Source: an uncultured Algibacter sp. (GTDB lineage: Bacteria > Bacteroidota > Bacteroidia > Flavobacteriales > Flavobacteriaceae). Taken from it: 64,000 nt of DNA. Shown here piece after piece: positions 9,635 to 19,978 of the stretch (positions are counted from its first letter, which is position 1; each line of letters starts with the position of its first letter). A program made the translations under genes and the position numbers. The notes under the pieces are model-generated. The model was not told the origin of the DNA. It did not search any database and saw only the letters and a program-made list of their open reading frames with translations. The stretch lies in NCBI RefSeq assembly GCF_947487605.1, contig NZ_CANKXK010000011.1:47759-111758 (forward strand), in the 5' to 3' direction.

Positions 9635-10078
9635 TTATTTTATTGGAATAACTTCTTTCTGTTTTACTACTCTAGATAAAACTATTTGTGTTTTTGATTC
9701 TCCATAAGAAATCAATTGGTCTATAAAAGCTTCAAGATGCTTTTGATTTTTTAAAACCACTTCCATAACAATGTTTTCATCCCCAGTAATGCGATAACAG
9801 TTAATTACCTCATCATAGGTTTTTACCTTTTCTAAAAAAGGTTTTAATTTCCCCATAAAAGCCCTTAAAGTAATTATGGCTTTAAGTTGATATCCAATTT
9901 CAAAAGGTGATACTATAGTTTTATACCCCTCTATAATACCAAGATCTTCCATCTTTTTAATACGCTCTGAAACAGCAGGAGAACTTATGCCTACTCGCCT
10001 ACCAATTTCGGCATTAGACAGTCTTGCGTTTTCTTGCAAACACTTTAAAATCTTGCTGTTAATGGAATCTAGATTCAT
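9635..10078 (-). CDS. Lrp/AsnC family transcriptional regulator
   Basis: LQENARLSNAEIGRRVGISSPAVSERIKKME HTH; CYRITG RAM domain. Confidence 0.93.
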   Translation of the reverse strand: MNLDSINSKILKCLQENARLSNAEIGRRVGISSPAVSERIKKMEDLGIIEGYKTIVSPFEIGYQLKAIITLRAFMGKLKPFLEKVKTYDEVINCYRITGDENIVMEVVLKNQKHLEAFIDQLISYGESKTQIVLSRVVKQKEVIPIK

Positions 10079-10201
10079 TTAAAGGAAAATTAATATAAAA
10101 TAATTAAAATCCAAAGCAAATATACAATTTTACTTTAAAATCTAAAGTTGAATCTCGTTTCTTGTGACTAATTTTGGTAAAATTGCTTATAGAATTAGAT
10201 T

Positions 10202-10597
10202 ATGTTACACAATACCCCACCAAATCTATCGGATTTACCGGTTTATCAAAAGGCATTAGAGATTTTTGCGCTTTCTCAAAATATATCTACATACCTAAAT
10301 CACGATCTATCTAATTTAAAAACAGATGGTTCTGAAGATTATAATATTTATTTTTCTGGAGATATTGTGCAACAATCTGTATCATTAGTTCCTGAAATCA
10401 TGAATGCCGAACTAGAACGATACTCTGATAGAAAACATAAACACCTTGATTCTCTAAGACGACTTACCAATAAGCTTTACAAAAATTCTTACAGGTTAGA
10501 ACGCTCAAACAGTAACGGGAAAGATTTTTTACCAATTCTTAGGAGTGAATTAAAGAAGTTTAAGAAGCTTCAAAGTTCTTGGATGCTAACTTTATAA
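10202..10597 (+). CDS. Four-helix-bundle-like hypothetical protein
   Basis: LPVYQKALEIF start and LRSELKKFKKL..W end; resembles the 9131 ORF. Confidence 0.6.
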   Translation: MLHNTPPNLSDLPVYQKALEIFALSQNISTYLNHDLSNLKTDGSEDYNIYFSGDIVQQSVSLVPEIMNAELERYSDRKHKHLDSLRRLTNKLYKNSYRLERSNSNGKDFLPILRSELKKFKKLQSSWMLTL

Positions 10598-10604
10598 GGC
10601 TGCT

Positions 10605-11033
10605 TTAAATTTTCTTGAATTTCTGCCCGCAACCTTCTATACATTGATACCAGAGTATTAAATTTCCTGTTATTGGTAAATCAAAATAAACCTTAGCAGA
10701 ACGAGAAATACAAGTATTAGGTAATATTTCACCATCATTTTGTATATTATTATTAGTATCAGTGATTAACGTATAAGTTCCTGTTTCTACGTCACCAACT
10801 TCAGAAGACATAAAACACAATATGCCATTAGTTTCTACTGTTCCATCTTTAAAAAACTCGATTGTACGGTTACTATTTATAGGCTGAAAAGTTCCGCTAC
10901 CATCTCCTGGGTCAACAAGTTGTTCGATTAGTCTCCATTTTCCTATTAATTCCGTTTCACCAGAAGGTTTTGCATCATCTGATGAACAACATAGAAAAAC
11001 AATTGAAATAATAGTAATTATTAACTTTTTCAT
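10605..11033 (-). CDS. Hypothetical lipoprotein (lipocalin-like LIGKWRL motif)
   Basis: Lipobox FLCC, LIGKWRLIE..DPGDGSG, C-terminal CIEGC. Confidence 0.65.
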   Translation of the reverse strand: MKKLIITIISIVFLCCSSDDAKPSGETELIGKWRLIEQLVDPGDGSGTFQPINSNRTIEFFKDGTVETNGILCFMSSEVGDVETGTYTLITDTNNNIQNDGEILPNTCISRSAKVYFDLPITGNLILWYQCIEGCGQKFKKI

Positions 11034-11141
11034 TTTAACAAGACGTCTTTATCAATAGATGAATAAAACTAGAAATGGTTGCTCTTAAAACAGAAAAAAA
11101 ATGATTTTTATAAGTAAAATAAGATTCTTATGTCTTAATCT

Positions 11142-11276
11142 GGATAAGCGATTCACTCACTTTTTCTGAAATAGAAAAAGTGGTTCTAATAAATTTAATT
11201 TACATTTAAAAGATCCCGAGACTATGCTCGGGATAAGCGATTCACTCACTTTTTCTGAAATAGAAAAAGTGGTTCT
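11142..11276. repeat. Two identical 46-bp direct repeats with internal hairpin, 43-bp spacer
   Basis: GGATAAGCGATTCACTCACTTTTTCTGAAATAGAAAAAGTGGTTCT at 11142-11187 and 11231-11276. Confidence 0.9.
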
Positions 11277-11280
11277 CTGC

Positions 11281-14200
11281 TTACATATTTCTGCGATACT
11301 GCCCTCCTACTTCAAACAATGCCTTTGTAATTTGACCTAAAGAACATACTTTACAAACTTCCATTAAGGCTTCAAATATATTTTCGTTATTTATGGCTTT
11401 ATTTTGAAGCGTTTTTAAAAGTGCTTCAGCGTCATTTGACTTATGAAGATTTTCCAAAGTTTTTATTTGAAACTCTTTTTCTTCTTCTGTTGCTCTAATA
11501 ACTTCCGCAGGTAAAACCGTTGGTGATCCTTTACTGCTTAAAAACGTATTTACGCCTATTATTGGAAATTTTCCGTTATGCTTTAAGGTTTCATAGTACA
11601 AACTCTCTTCTTGAATTTTTGAACGTTGATACATGGTTTCCATAGCTCCTAAAACGCCACCGCGTTCTGTAATTCTATCAAATTCTAATAATACTGCCTC
11701 TTCAACCAAATCGGTTAATTCTTCAATAATAAAGGACCCTTGTATTGGGTTTTCATTTTTAGCTAATCCCAATTCTTTGTTTATTATGAGTTGAATTGCC
11801 ATAGCTCTTCGAACAGATTCTTCAGTAGGTGTAGTTATTGCCTCATCATAAGCATTGGTGTGTAATGAGTTACAATTATCATAGATTGCATACAATGCTT
11901 GAAGTGTGGTTCTTATATCATTAAAATCAATTTCTTGAGCATGTAAGCTTCTGCCAGACGTTTGAATATGATACTTCAACATTTGTGCTCTAGCATTGGC
12001 TCCATACTTATGCTTCATAGCCTTTGCCCAAATTTTACGAGCAACACGACCTATTACAGCATATTCAGGGTCTATGCCATTTGAAAAGAAAAAAGAGAGA
12101 TTTGGCCCAAACTTATTGATATCCATCCCTCTGCTTAAATAATATTCCACATAAGTGAAACCATTTGATAAAGTCAACGCTAACTGAGTGATGGGGTTTG
12201 CTCCAGCTTCTGCAATATGGTATCCTGAAATGGAAACAGAATAAAAATTACGAATATTATTTTCAATAAAATACTCTTGAACATCACCCATCAATCGTAG
12301 TGCAAATTCTGTAGAAAAAATACAGGTGTTTTGCGCTTGATCTTCTTTTAAAATGTCTGCTTGAACTGTTCCTCTAACTTGAGCAATGGTTTTTGTTTTA
12401 ATAGCTTGATAAATAGCCTCAGGCAACACTTGGTTTCCAGTAACTCCCAAAAGCATCAACCCTAAACCATTATTTCCTTTTGGTAATTCGCCATTGTATT
12501 TTGGACGCTCTTTTTCTTTATAAATCTTAGAAATTTTAGCTTCTACTTCTTTTTCTAATCCGTTTTCTTTAATGTAGATTTCACATTGTTGGTCGATGGC
12601 TGCATTCATAAAAAAGCCTAACAACATTGGTGCTGGCCCATTAATAGTCATGCTTACAGAAGTCATTGGGTTTGCTAAATCAAAACCAGAGTATAATTTC
12701 TTAGCATCATCCAAACAACAAATAGACACCCCTGCATTACCAATTTTTCCATAAATATCTGGACGATAGTCTGGATCGTTTCCATAAAGTGTTACACTAT
12801 CAAAAGCTGTTGACAAACGCTTTGCTGGCAAACCCGCACTGACATAATGAAAGCGTTTATTGGTTCGCTCTGGACCTCCTTCACCAGCAAACATACGTGC
12901 TGGGTCTTCTCCTGTTCTTTTAAAAGGATACAAACCAGATGCAAAAGGGAACTCTCCTGGAACATTTTCTTGTAAACACCATTTTAATATATCTCCCCAA
13001 GCTTGATATTTTGGAAGTGCAACCTTAGGAATTGGAGTATGTGATAAAGATTCGGTATATGTTTCAATTTTAATTTCTTTATCTCTTACTTTAAAAGAAT
13101 ATATTGGGTTTCTGTATTTATTAACTTTTTCATTCCAACCTAAAATAACTTCCCAATTGTAGGGGTCTAAGTCAAGTTTAACTCTATCAAATTCTGAAAC
13201 TAAAAGTTTTATGAAATCTTTATTATCATCCTTAACCTGTTTCAGAATTTCATCATCCTTTAAACCTAATTTTCCAATAAAAGATCTTTGGACTGCGTTC
13301 ATGGTGACATTCAAAACGGAACAAATGGTTTTATAGATTCCATAAAGCTTTTGAGCAACCTCAGTTTGCTCAATAACCTTCTTGTCATAAGCACGATTAT
13401 TTTCAGCAATCTCAGATAAATATCGTGTTCTTGAAGGTGGGATAACAAAAATCTTCTCGCTCATTTCATTTGAAATCGTGAAAGTCGATTTTAAATCAGA
13501 ATCTATTTTTTCAACTAATTTATCCATCACCGCTTTGTATAGCGTATTCATACCTGGGTCATTAAACTGTGATGCTATGGTTCCAAAAACGGGTAAATCA
13601 TCTTGATGAACATCCCAAAGGTTATTATTACGCATGTACTGCTTTTTTACATCGCGTAGCGCATCCAAAGCGCCTCGTTTATCAAACTTATTTATAGCCA
13701 CTAAATCTGCAAAATCGAGCATATCAATTTTTTCGAGTTGGGTTGCTGCACCAAATTCTGGTGTCATAACGTAAAGCGACACATTAGAATGTTCAATAAT
13801 TTCAGTGTCACTTTGCCCTATTCCAGAAGTTTCAAGAATAATTAAATCGTATTCAGCAGCTTTTAAAACTTCAACTGCTTCGTTTACGTGTTTAGATAAT
13901 GCTAAATTTGATTGACGTGTTGCCAAACTTCGCATATAAACTCTAGAGTTATTAATGGCATTCATTCTAATTCTATCTCCTAATAAAGCTCCACCTGTTT
14001 TTCTTTTTGAAGGATCAACTGAAATAATACCAACTGTTTTTTCTGGAAAGTCTATTAAAAAACGTCTTACTAATTCATCTACTAAACTCGATTTACCAGC
14101 ACCTCCAGTTCCTGTAATCCCCAAAACAGGGGTATTAGATTCTTTATTTTTTAGATGAATTTTATCCAAAGTTTCTTTTGCGATTTCTGGAAAGTTTTCA

Positions 14201-14718
14201 GCAGAAGAGATTACTCTGGCAATAGATTTTGGATTTTTTTTCTTCAACGCATCCAATTCAACATTAAATTGATTGCCTATAGCAAAATCTGATTTTTCTA
14301 CCAAATCATTAATCATACCTTGTAATCCCATTTCACGACCATCATCGGGCGAATAAATTCTACAAATCCCATAATCCATTAAATCCTTTATCTCTGATGG
14401 TAATATGACACCACCTCCACCTCCAAAAATCTTAATATGCTCTGAGCCTCTTTCTTTTAAAAGATCAAACATATACTTAAAATATTCGTTATGCCCACCT
14501 TGATATGAGGTTAAGCAAATAGCATTTACATCTTCTTGAATAGCTGTATTAACAACTTCCTCTACACTTCTATCATGCCCTAAATGGATTACCTCTACAC
14601 CAGTTGCCTGAATAATACGCCTCATAATATTAATTGAAGCATCATGTCCGTCAAAAAGAGATGTGGCTGTAACTATTCTAACTTTAAATTTTGGTTTATA
14701 AGGTGTTTGTTGTATCAT
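11281..14718 (-). CDS. icmF: Fused B12-dependent acyl-CoA mutase with MeaB-type GTPase (IcmF architecture)
   Basis: B12-binding FDGHDAS, P-loop [13 protein letters not shown], mutase domain [28 protein letters not shown]. Confidence 0.88.
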   Translation of the reverse strand: MIQQTPYKPKFKVRIVTATSLFDGHDASINIMRRIIQATGVEVIHLGHDRSVEEVVNTAIQEDVNAICLTSYQGGHNEYFKYMFDLLKERGSEHIKIFGGGGGVILPSEIKDLMDYGICRIYSPDDGREMGLQGMINDLVEKSDFAIGNQFNVELDALKKKNPKSIARVISSAENFPEIAKETLDKIHLKNKESNTPVLGITGTGGAGKSSLVDELVRRFLIDFPEKTVGIISVDPSKRKTGGALLGDRIRMNAINNSRVYMRSLATRQSNLALSKHVNEAVEVLKAAEYDLIILETSGIGQSDTEIIEHSNVSLYVMTPEFGAATQLEKIDMLDFADLVAINKFDKRGALDALRDVKKQYMRNNNLWDVHQDDLPVFGTIASQFNDPGMNTLYKAVMDKLVEKIDSDLKSTFTISNEMSEKIFVIPPSRTRYLSEIAENNRAYDKKVIEQTEVAQKLYGIYKTICSVLNVTMNAVQRSFIGKLGLKDDEILKQVKDDNKDFIKLLVSEFDRVKLDLDPYNWEVILGWNEKVNKYRNPIYSFKVRDKEIKIETYTESLSHTPIPKVALPKYQAWGDILKWCLQENVPGEFPFASGLYPFKRTGEDPARMFAGEGGPERTNKRFHYVSAGLPAKRLSTAFDSVTLYGNDPDYRPDIYGKIGNAGVSICCLDDAKKLYSGFDLANPMTSVSMTINGPAPMLLGFFMNAAIDQQCEIYIKENGLEKEVEAKISKIYKEKERPKYNGELPKGNNGLGLMLLGVTGNQVLPEAIYQAIKTKTIAQVRGTVQADILKEDQAQNTCIFSTEFALRLMGDVQEYFIENNIRNFYSVSISGYHIAEAGANPITQLALTLSNGFTYVEYYLSRGMDINKFGPNLSFFFSNGIDPEYAVIGRVARKIWAKAMKHKYGANARAQMLKYHIQTSGRSLHAQEIDFNDIRTTLQALYAIYDNCNSLHTNAYDEAITTPTEESVRRAMAIQLIINKELGLAKNENPIQGSFIIEELTDLVEEAVLLEFDRITERGGVLGAMETMYQRSKIQEESLYYETLKHNGKFPIIGVNTFLSSKGSPTVLPAEVIRATEEEKEFQIKTLENLHKSNDAEALLKTLQNKAINNENIFEALMEVCKVCSLGQITKALFEVGGQYRRNM

Positions 14719-14864
14719 TCGTAATAAAAGTTGTTTTTAAGCGTTGTAATTTACGAAATATTTAAAAAATACATGTATTTACAACTGAATATCTAAAATT
14801 AATCTAAATGAAAAATCATCTAAGTTTTTAGATTAATTTTATGCGCTAAATAATTCAGAATTAA

Positions 14865-15719
14865 ATGAATAAAATAATCATACTCATTCATTGTAAAGAT
14901 AAACCAAATATTATTGCATCGGTAACTAATTTTGTTGCTGAAAAAGGCGGGAATATTGTATATCTAGATCAGCATGTCGATAGAGAGCAAGATGTTTTTT
15001 TCATGCGTTTGGAAAGCGAGTTTATTTCTGATGCTTTCTTGACCGAAGATTTTAAAAATGACTTTAAAGATATTTTAGCCGATAAGTTTGAAATGAAATG
15101 GCGCATCTATTCCTCAAAGAAAAAGCCAAAGATGGCACTATTTATTTCTAAATACGACCATTGTTTATACGATTTACTTGGTCGCTATAATTCTGGAGAA
15201 CTAAATTTAGAGATTCCCTTTATTATTAGTAATCATACTAATTTAAAATCGATTGCAGATAATTTTAAAATTCCGTTTTATCATATTCCCGTAACAAAAG
15301 ACACAAAAGACATTGCAGAAGAGAAGCAATTGGCTCTTTTAGAAGAATACAAAATAGATTTTATTGTTTTAGCAAGATACATGCAAATTATATCTAGTAA
15401 ATTAATTAGCAAGTATCCCAACAAAATAATAAACATTCATCATTCTTTTTTGCCTGCTTTTGTGGGTGCAAAACCCTATCATTCGGCTTACAAGCGTGGT
15501 GTTAAAATTATAGGAGCTACCAGTCACTATGTTACAGAAGAACTTGATGCTGGCCCAATTATTGAACAGGATGTTGCACACGTATCTCACACCTACTCTA
15601 TTAAAGATTTAATTGCTAAAGGGCGTGACCTTGAAAAAATTGTTTTAGCAAATGCTGTAAAACTTCATACCAACAGAAAAGTAATGACCTACAACAACAA
15701 AACCGTTATTTTTTCATAA
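14865..15719 (+). CDS. purU: Formyltetrahydrofolate deformylase
   Basis: ACT N-terminus, VLARYMQI, INIHHSFLPAF, GATSHYVT.ELDAGPII. Confidence 0.95.
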   Translation: MNKIIILIHCKDKPNIIASVTNFVAEKGGNIVYLDQHVDREQDVFFMRLESEFISDAFLTEDFKNDFKDILADKFEMKWRIYSSKKKPKMALFISKYDHCLYDLLGRYNSGELNLEIPFIISNHTNLKSIADNFKIPFYHIPVTKDTKDIAEEKQLALLEEYKIDFIVLARYMQIISSKLISKYPNKIINIHHSFLPAFVGAKPYHSAYKRGVKIIGATSHYVTEELDAGPIIEQDVAHVSHTYSIKDLIAKGRDLEKIVLANAVKLHTNRKVMTYNNKTVIFS

Positions 15720-15788
15720 CGTAATCTTCTTATTATCAATTAACAAGAATACACTTATTAATTATATCATAAAATTAATAAAATTAAT

Positions 15789-15817
15789 TGTGACTAATTA
15801 ATTTTCCTTGTGTCTCA
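15789..15817 (+). promoter_or_regulatory. ECF-type promoter-like motif TGTGACT-N16-GTCT
   Basis: TGTGACTAATTAATTTTCCTTGTGTCTCA; near-identical copy at 18260, weaker copy at 2680. Confidence 0.5.
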
Positions 15818-15857
15818 TTGATGTGGAAAATATAACCATTAACTAAATTTTAATTTT

Positions 15858-16955
15858 ATGAAAACAAATTTATTTTTATGTCTAGCGTTTTTGTTAGGCA
15901 TCGGCTTCTCGCAAGCACAAGACTTACCAGCAAATCCTGATCCAGGTAAATGCTACGTTAAATGTATTACCAAAGACGAGTTTAAAGATGTTGAAGAAAC
16001 TATAGAAGTTTATCCAGCATATACGAAGTTAGAAGTAGTACCTGCAACATATAGAACCGTTGAAGAACGTGTTTTAGTAAAAGAAACTTCTAAAAAATTC
16101 GTGTACGTACCAGCAACTTACGAAACTATTGAAGTTCCTTACATTAAAAAAGAAGGAAGAACAGATTTAAGCATTAATCCTGCAACTTTTGGTTCAGATT
16201 CTAGAACTTTCGAAGTATACCCTAAAACATCAGGTTGGGAGTACAAAGAAACTACTTGTGATTCACCAAACAAAGAAGACTGTGTTGTTGCATGTTTTGT
16301 TGAGTATCCAGCACAATTTAGAGATGTAAGTTTTACTACCTTAGCTAATGATGCTGGTACTAGCAATATTCCAATACCAGAAGTACCTACAGTATACAAA
16401 AAACGTGTTATTAAAACACCAGCTAGAATGGATGAGATAGAAATTCCAGCAGAATATACGACTATCAAGCGTCAAGTTGTAGCAACTCCTGCAACTACAA
16501 GAAGTGTAACTGTACCTGCAAAGTCTCAATCTATAACAAGAACTGTTTTAGCTAAAAAAGGTGGTATTACTACTTGGGAAGAAGTTGATTGTGGTCTTTT
16601 AAACGCGAACGTTTTACCAATATTTTATGAATTGGCTAGTGCTAGAATTACACCTGCATCTAAAAAGATAATTGATGAAACTCTATTACCATTACTTAAC
16701 AGCAAGCCTGTAAGCATTGAATTAATGTCTCATACAGATTCAAGAGGTAATGATGATTACAACATGTCTTTATCACAACAACGAGCTAACTCTGTAGTAA
16801 ACTACCTAGTATCTAAAGGTATTTCTAGAAGTAGACTATCTGCTAGAGGATATGGCGAGTCTAGATTAGTAAACCGTTGTGCAAATGGTGTTGAATGTTC
16901 TGAAGCAGAGCATCAAAAAAACAGAAGAACAGAATTTAGAGTAATTGGAAACTAA
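15858..16955 (+). CDS. Secreted OmpA C-terminal domain protein with (V/I)PA.Y repeats
   Basis: Signal peptide; repeated VPATY/IPAEY units; SHTDSRG..YN..LSQ.RA..GYGE..NRRTEF. Confidence 0.85.
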   Translation: MKTNLFLCLAFLLGIGFSQAQDLPANPDPGKCYVKCITKDEFKDVEETIEVYPAYTKLEVVPATYRTVEERVLVKETSKKFVYVPATYETIEVPYIKKEGRTDLSINPATFGSDSRTFEVYPKTSGWEYKETTCDSPNKEDCVVACFVEYPAQFRDVSFTTLANDAGTSNIPIPEVPTVYKKRVIKTPARMDEIEIPAEYTTIKRQVVATPATTRSVTVPAKSQSITRTVLAKKGGITTWEEVDCGLLNANVLPIFYELASARITPASKKIIDETLLPLLNSKPVSIELMSHTDSRGNDDYNMSLSQQRANSVVNYLVSKGISRSRLSARGYGESRLVNRCANGVECSEAEHQKNRRTEFRVIGN

Positions 16956-17014
16956 ACAGTTGGTTAGGGTTAGCTAAATGTTGTTTAGTGGTTTGTTAAT
17001 TGGACGTCCTTCTC

Positions 17015-18142
17015 TCAGGGCGTCCTTTTTTTTATCTCATATTGTTGGTAACTAACATTTTTCTTCGCTATTGATATCCCGTAATTATCAATCATATTAG
17101 AGACCATTAAATCGAAATACTTATAGTGTATTTGCCAATCATGCAATTCTGTAACAAACTTAGAATTTTCAATTACTATAGGTGTATTTAACAAATTAGC
17201 CAATCTGTAACTAACATCTTGTAATGATACATTATCGGCTTGAATTTCTGAGTCTCCAATTAAAAAATGTGGCGTCTCTACCCCCCAATCTATTTGATTC
17301 GTGTTCCAGAACCTTGGAGATTCAATATCAAAAACGAGTGCTTCTCCAGCAGTTTCTATACTTACATGACCTAAATTTAAAGCATCTAAAATCGTATTCG
17401 ATTTATTAGAATAGGCTGAAGAGTCTAAATTAAATTGTACCTGATAAAAATTATTCAGCTCTGAAGGTATCTTTATTTGATTGCGATACACATTCAATGA
17501 ATATGCTAGAATATCTTGTAGATTTCCTTTCAACTCTAAATAACTAGAGTGCTTTATAATTTGAAATTCATTTCTATGCTCTGTAGATTGTAATTTGGTA
17601 ATACTAAAATCCTTTTTAGGAGACTCCTTAACTTTTACAACTTCCTTTACATAGGAATTAAGTTTAAACATTTTCTCCTTCGAAATTTTCTTACTGTTAC
17701 TATTTAAAAACTTTCTTATGTGATAATTCTTAAAATCAGCAGGATGCCCTTCCCAAAGTTTCTTTCCATTAGCGTTAAATAAAATGCCCTGTGGTAAACT
17801 TTGTATATTATTATGTTTAAACGTTTCTCCTTCAAAATCTATAGCTACAGCTAAATTCATCTTATGTTTTTTCATAAAACGTTTTACAACATCGGCATTT
17901 TCTTGTGTAAGTGAAAGCACGTAAAAATTATTTGGGTACTGACTCTGTAAAGATTCTAAATATTTAGATACATGAATACAAGGCTTACACCAAGTAGCCC
18001 AAAACTCAACAAAATAGAGTGCATTATTATTGCCTTTTGCTATTTGAGACTCTTGAATATGTTCTGAAATTTTTATCTGTCCGAAAAAAAATATCGGAAA
18101 CAAAAAACACAATAAATAAATAACTCTTTTTTTTATGCTCAT
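17015..18142 (-). CDS. Secreted thioredoxin-like (TlpA) domain protein with uncharacterised C-terminus
   Basis: EFWATWCKPC motif; signal peptide. Confidence 0.75.
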   Translation of the reverse strand: MSIKKRVIYLLCFLFPIFFFGQIKISEHIQESQIAKGNNNALYFVEFWATWCKPCIHVSKYLESLQSQYPNNFYVLSLTQENADVVKRFMKKHKMNLAVAIDFEGETFKHNNIQSLPQGILFNANGKKLWEGHPADFKNYHIRKFLNSNSKKISKEKMFKLNSYVKEVVKVKESPKKDFSITKLQSTEHRNEFQIIKHSSYLELKGNLQDILAYSLNVYRNQIKIPSELNNFYQVQFNLDSSAYSNKSNTILDALNLGHVSIETAGEALVFDIESPRFWNTNQIDWGVETPHFLIGDSEIQADNVSLQDVSYRLANLLNTPIVIENSKFVTELHDWQIHYKYFDLMVSNMIDNYGISIAKKNVSYQQYEIKKRTP

Positions 18143-18259
18143 TATTTAATTAAGATTTGATAAACATTAAAACTATTACTGATAAACATATAACAATAAT
18201 TATGCTAAAATAGTATTTTTTGAAAATTAATGACATTTCCATAAAAGCAAACCATATTC

Positions 18260-18287
18260 TGTGACTAATTTCTTTTCTTGTGTCTCA
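18260..18287 (+). promoter_or_regulatory. ECF-type promoter-like motif TGTGACT-N15-GTCT
   Basis: TGTGACTAATTTCTTTTCTTGTGTCTCA, near-identical to 15789. Confidence 0.45.
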
Positions 18288-18423
18288 ATTATTAACACAT
18301 GAGGTTTATAATATATCGCATTTAAATTATACGATTAATTATTATTGAACTATAATAGCATCTACTTAATACAAAATCTAAACCATAACTCTTATATTTG
18401 TTAAATCCACAAAATCCAAAATC

Positions 18424-19134
18424 ATGATTCGAAAATTTTTAGCATTTTTCTTAATATTTAACCTTACTGCCTGCGCAGAATTACAAGAAGTTATTAATCA
18501 ATTACCTCAAGGAGGTACTATAGGAAATGCTGAAATAGCTTCTGGTTTAAGACAAGCCTTAGATTTTGGAATTGACAAACAAGTAACCAAACTCACACAA
18601 ACCGATGGTTTCTTTAAAAATGAATTGGTTAAAATTTTATTACCAGAAGAACTAAGAAAAGTTGATAAAGCACTTCGCGACATTGGACTTAGTAAATTAG
18701 CAGATGAGGGACTAAAAGTACTTAATAGAGCCGCTGAAGATGCTGTAAAAGAAGCAACACCTATTTTTATTGATGCCGTTAAGGGTATTACCTTTACAGA
18801 TGCAAAAAACATCTTGCTAGGTCAAGACAATGCTGCGACGCAATATTTAACTTCGAAAACCGAAGCAGCTTTATACGCTAAATTTAATCCTGTTATAAAA
18901 AACTCTTTTAACAAGGTTGGAGCTGATGATATTTGGAACAACCTAATTAGCAAGTACAATAATTTACCATTCACTTCAGATGTAAATCCAGACTTAACAG
19001 ATTATGTAACTGGTGAAGCTTTACAAGGTGTTTACACTATGATAGCTGTGGAAGAAAAAGAAATCCGTAATAAAATATCTTCTAGAACTACAGATTTATT
19101 GAGAAAGGTATTTGCTTTGCAGGACAGGAAGTAA
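18424..19134 (+). CDS. DUF4197 family lipoprotein
   Basis: Lipobox LTAC; GLRQAL, LNRAAEDA, EEKEIR..RTTDLLRKVF. Confidence 0.88.
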   Translation: MIRKFLAFFLIFNLTACAELQEVINQLPQGGTIGNAEIASGLRQALDFGIDKQVTKLTQTDGFFKNELVKILLPEELRKVDKALRDIGLSKLADEGLKVLNRAAEDAVKEATPIFIDAVKGITFTDAKNILLGQDNAATQYLTSKTEAALYAKFNPVIKNSFNKVGADDIWNNLISKYNNLPFTSDVNPDLTDYVTGEALQGVYTMIAVEEKEIRNKISSRTTDLLRKVFALQDRK

Positions 19135-19227
19135 AAGAAGATATTACTATCTAAGAAATTACTGCTATTTTCTTAATTTGCAATTTTTAAAATTAAATAG
19201 TTTCAATTTGTTGCAAAGAATAACAAA

Positions 19228-19746
19228 ATGAATAAAAATGAATTAAAGCAAATATTTGACACATATTACCAAGCGCTCGTATTATATGCTAATCGTTTTT
19301 TATTTACAAAAGACGAATGTGAGGATTTAGTTCAAGATGTTTTTGTTAGTCTTTGGGAAAAAGAAACCACATTTCCAAATGACTTATCTTTAAAAGCTTT
19401 CCTATATAAAACAGTGCGTAATAAATGCTACAATGTTATTAAGCATAACAAAGTAAAAAATAAATATGCCGAAAATATCGTACAGTCATTAGAAGATGAT
19501 AATTTATTTTTAAAACAAATTCTTGAAGAAGAAATTGTTCGCCAACTACATCAAGCCATAGAATTACTCCCCGCTAGAAAAAAAGAAATCATTAAGCTAA
19601 GTCTTAAAGGTCTAAAAAATGCTGAAATCTCCGAAGAACTTGGCATAAAACTACAAACGGTAAAAACGTTAAAATCCCAATCATATAAAATATTAAGAGA
19701 ACAGTTTCAGGAATTAAGCACAATTATTTACTTTTTATTAACTTAA
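19228..19746 (+). CDS. ECF RNA polymerase sigma-70 factor (Bacteroidota FecI-like)
   Basis: EDLVQDVFVSLW, FLYKTVRNKC, region 4 EISEELGI..TVK; precedes FecR. Confidence 0.92.
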   Translation: MNKNELKQIFDTYYQALVLYANRFLFTKDECEDLVQDVFVSLWEKETTFPNDLSLKAFLYKTVRNKCYNVIKHNKVKNKYAENIVQSLEDDNLFLKQILEEEIVRQLHQAIELLPARKKEIIKLSLKGLKNAEISEELGIKLQTVKTLKSQSYKILREQFQELSTIIYFLLT

Positions 19747-19978
19747 TTCATTGAAATTTTATTATAAATACTTTATTCGAAGTGTTTTTTAGTGACATGC
19801 AATGATAAACCCTTAAAAATCAATGCCATTCGTTATTCATTCAAAACGAATCAACATATATTTCATTGTGAATTTAGCAATTTATACTAGTGATTTTTTA
19901 TTATATCGCAAAAAAAACTAGTTTTAAATAGTACCTTATTAAAACTAAGTTGTTTTATAATTAAATACTTCAAATAGA

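Noticed and set aside
9131..10597. Diversity-generating retroelement (Avd-like genes)
   Set aside because: No reverse transcriptase or TR/VR repeat pair in the window
11142..11276. CRISPR array
   Set aside because: Only two repeat units, no cas genes, and no GTT...AAC ends typical of flavobacterial type II repeats
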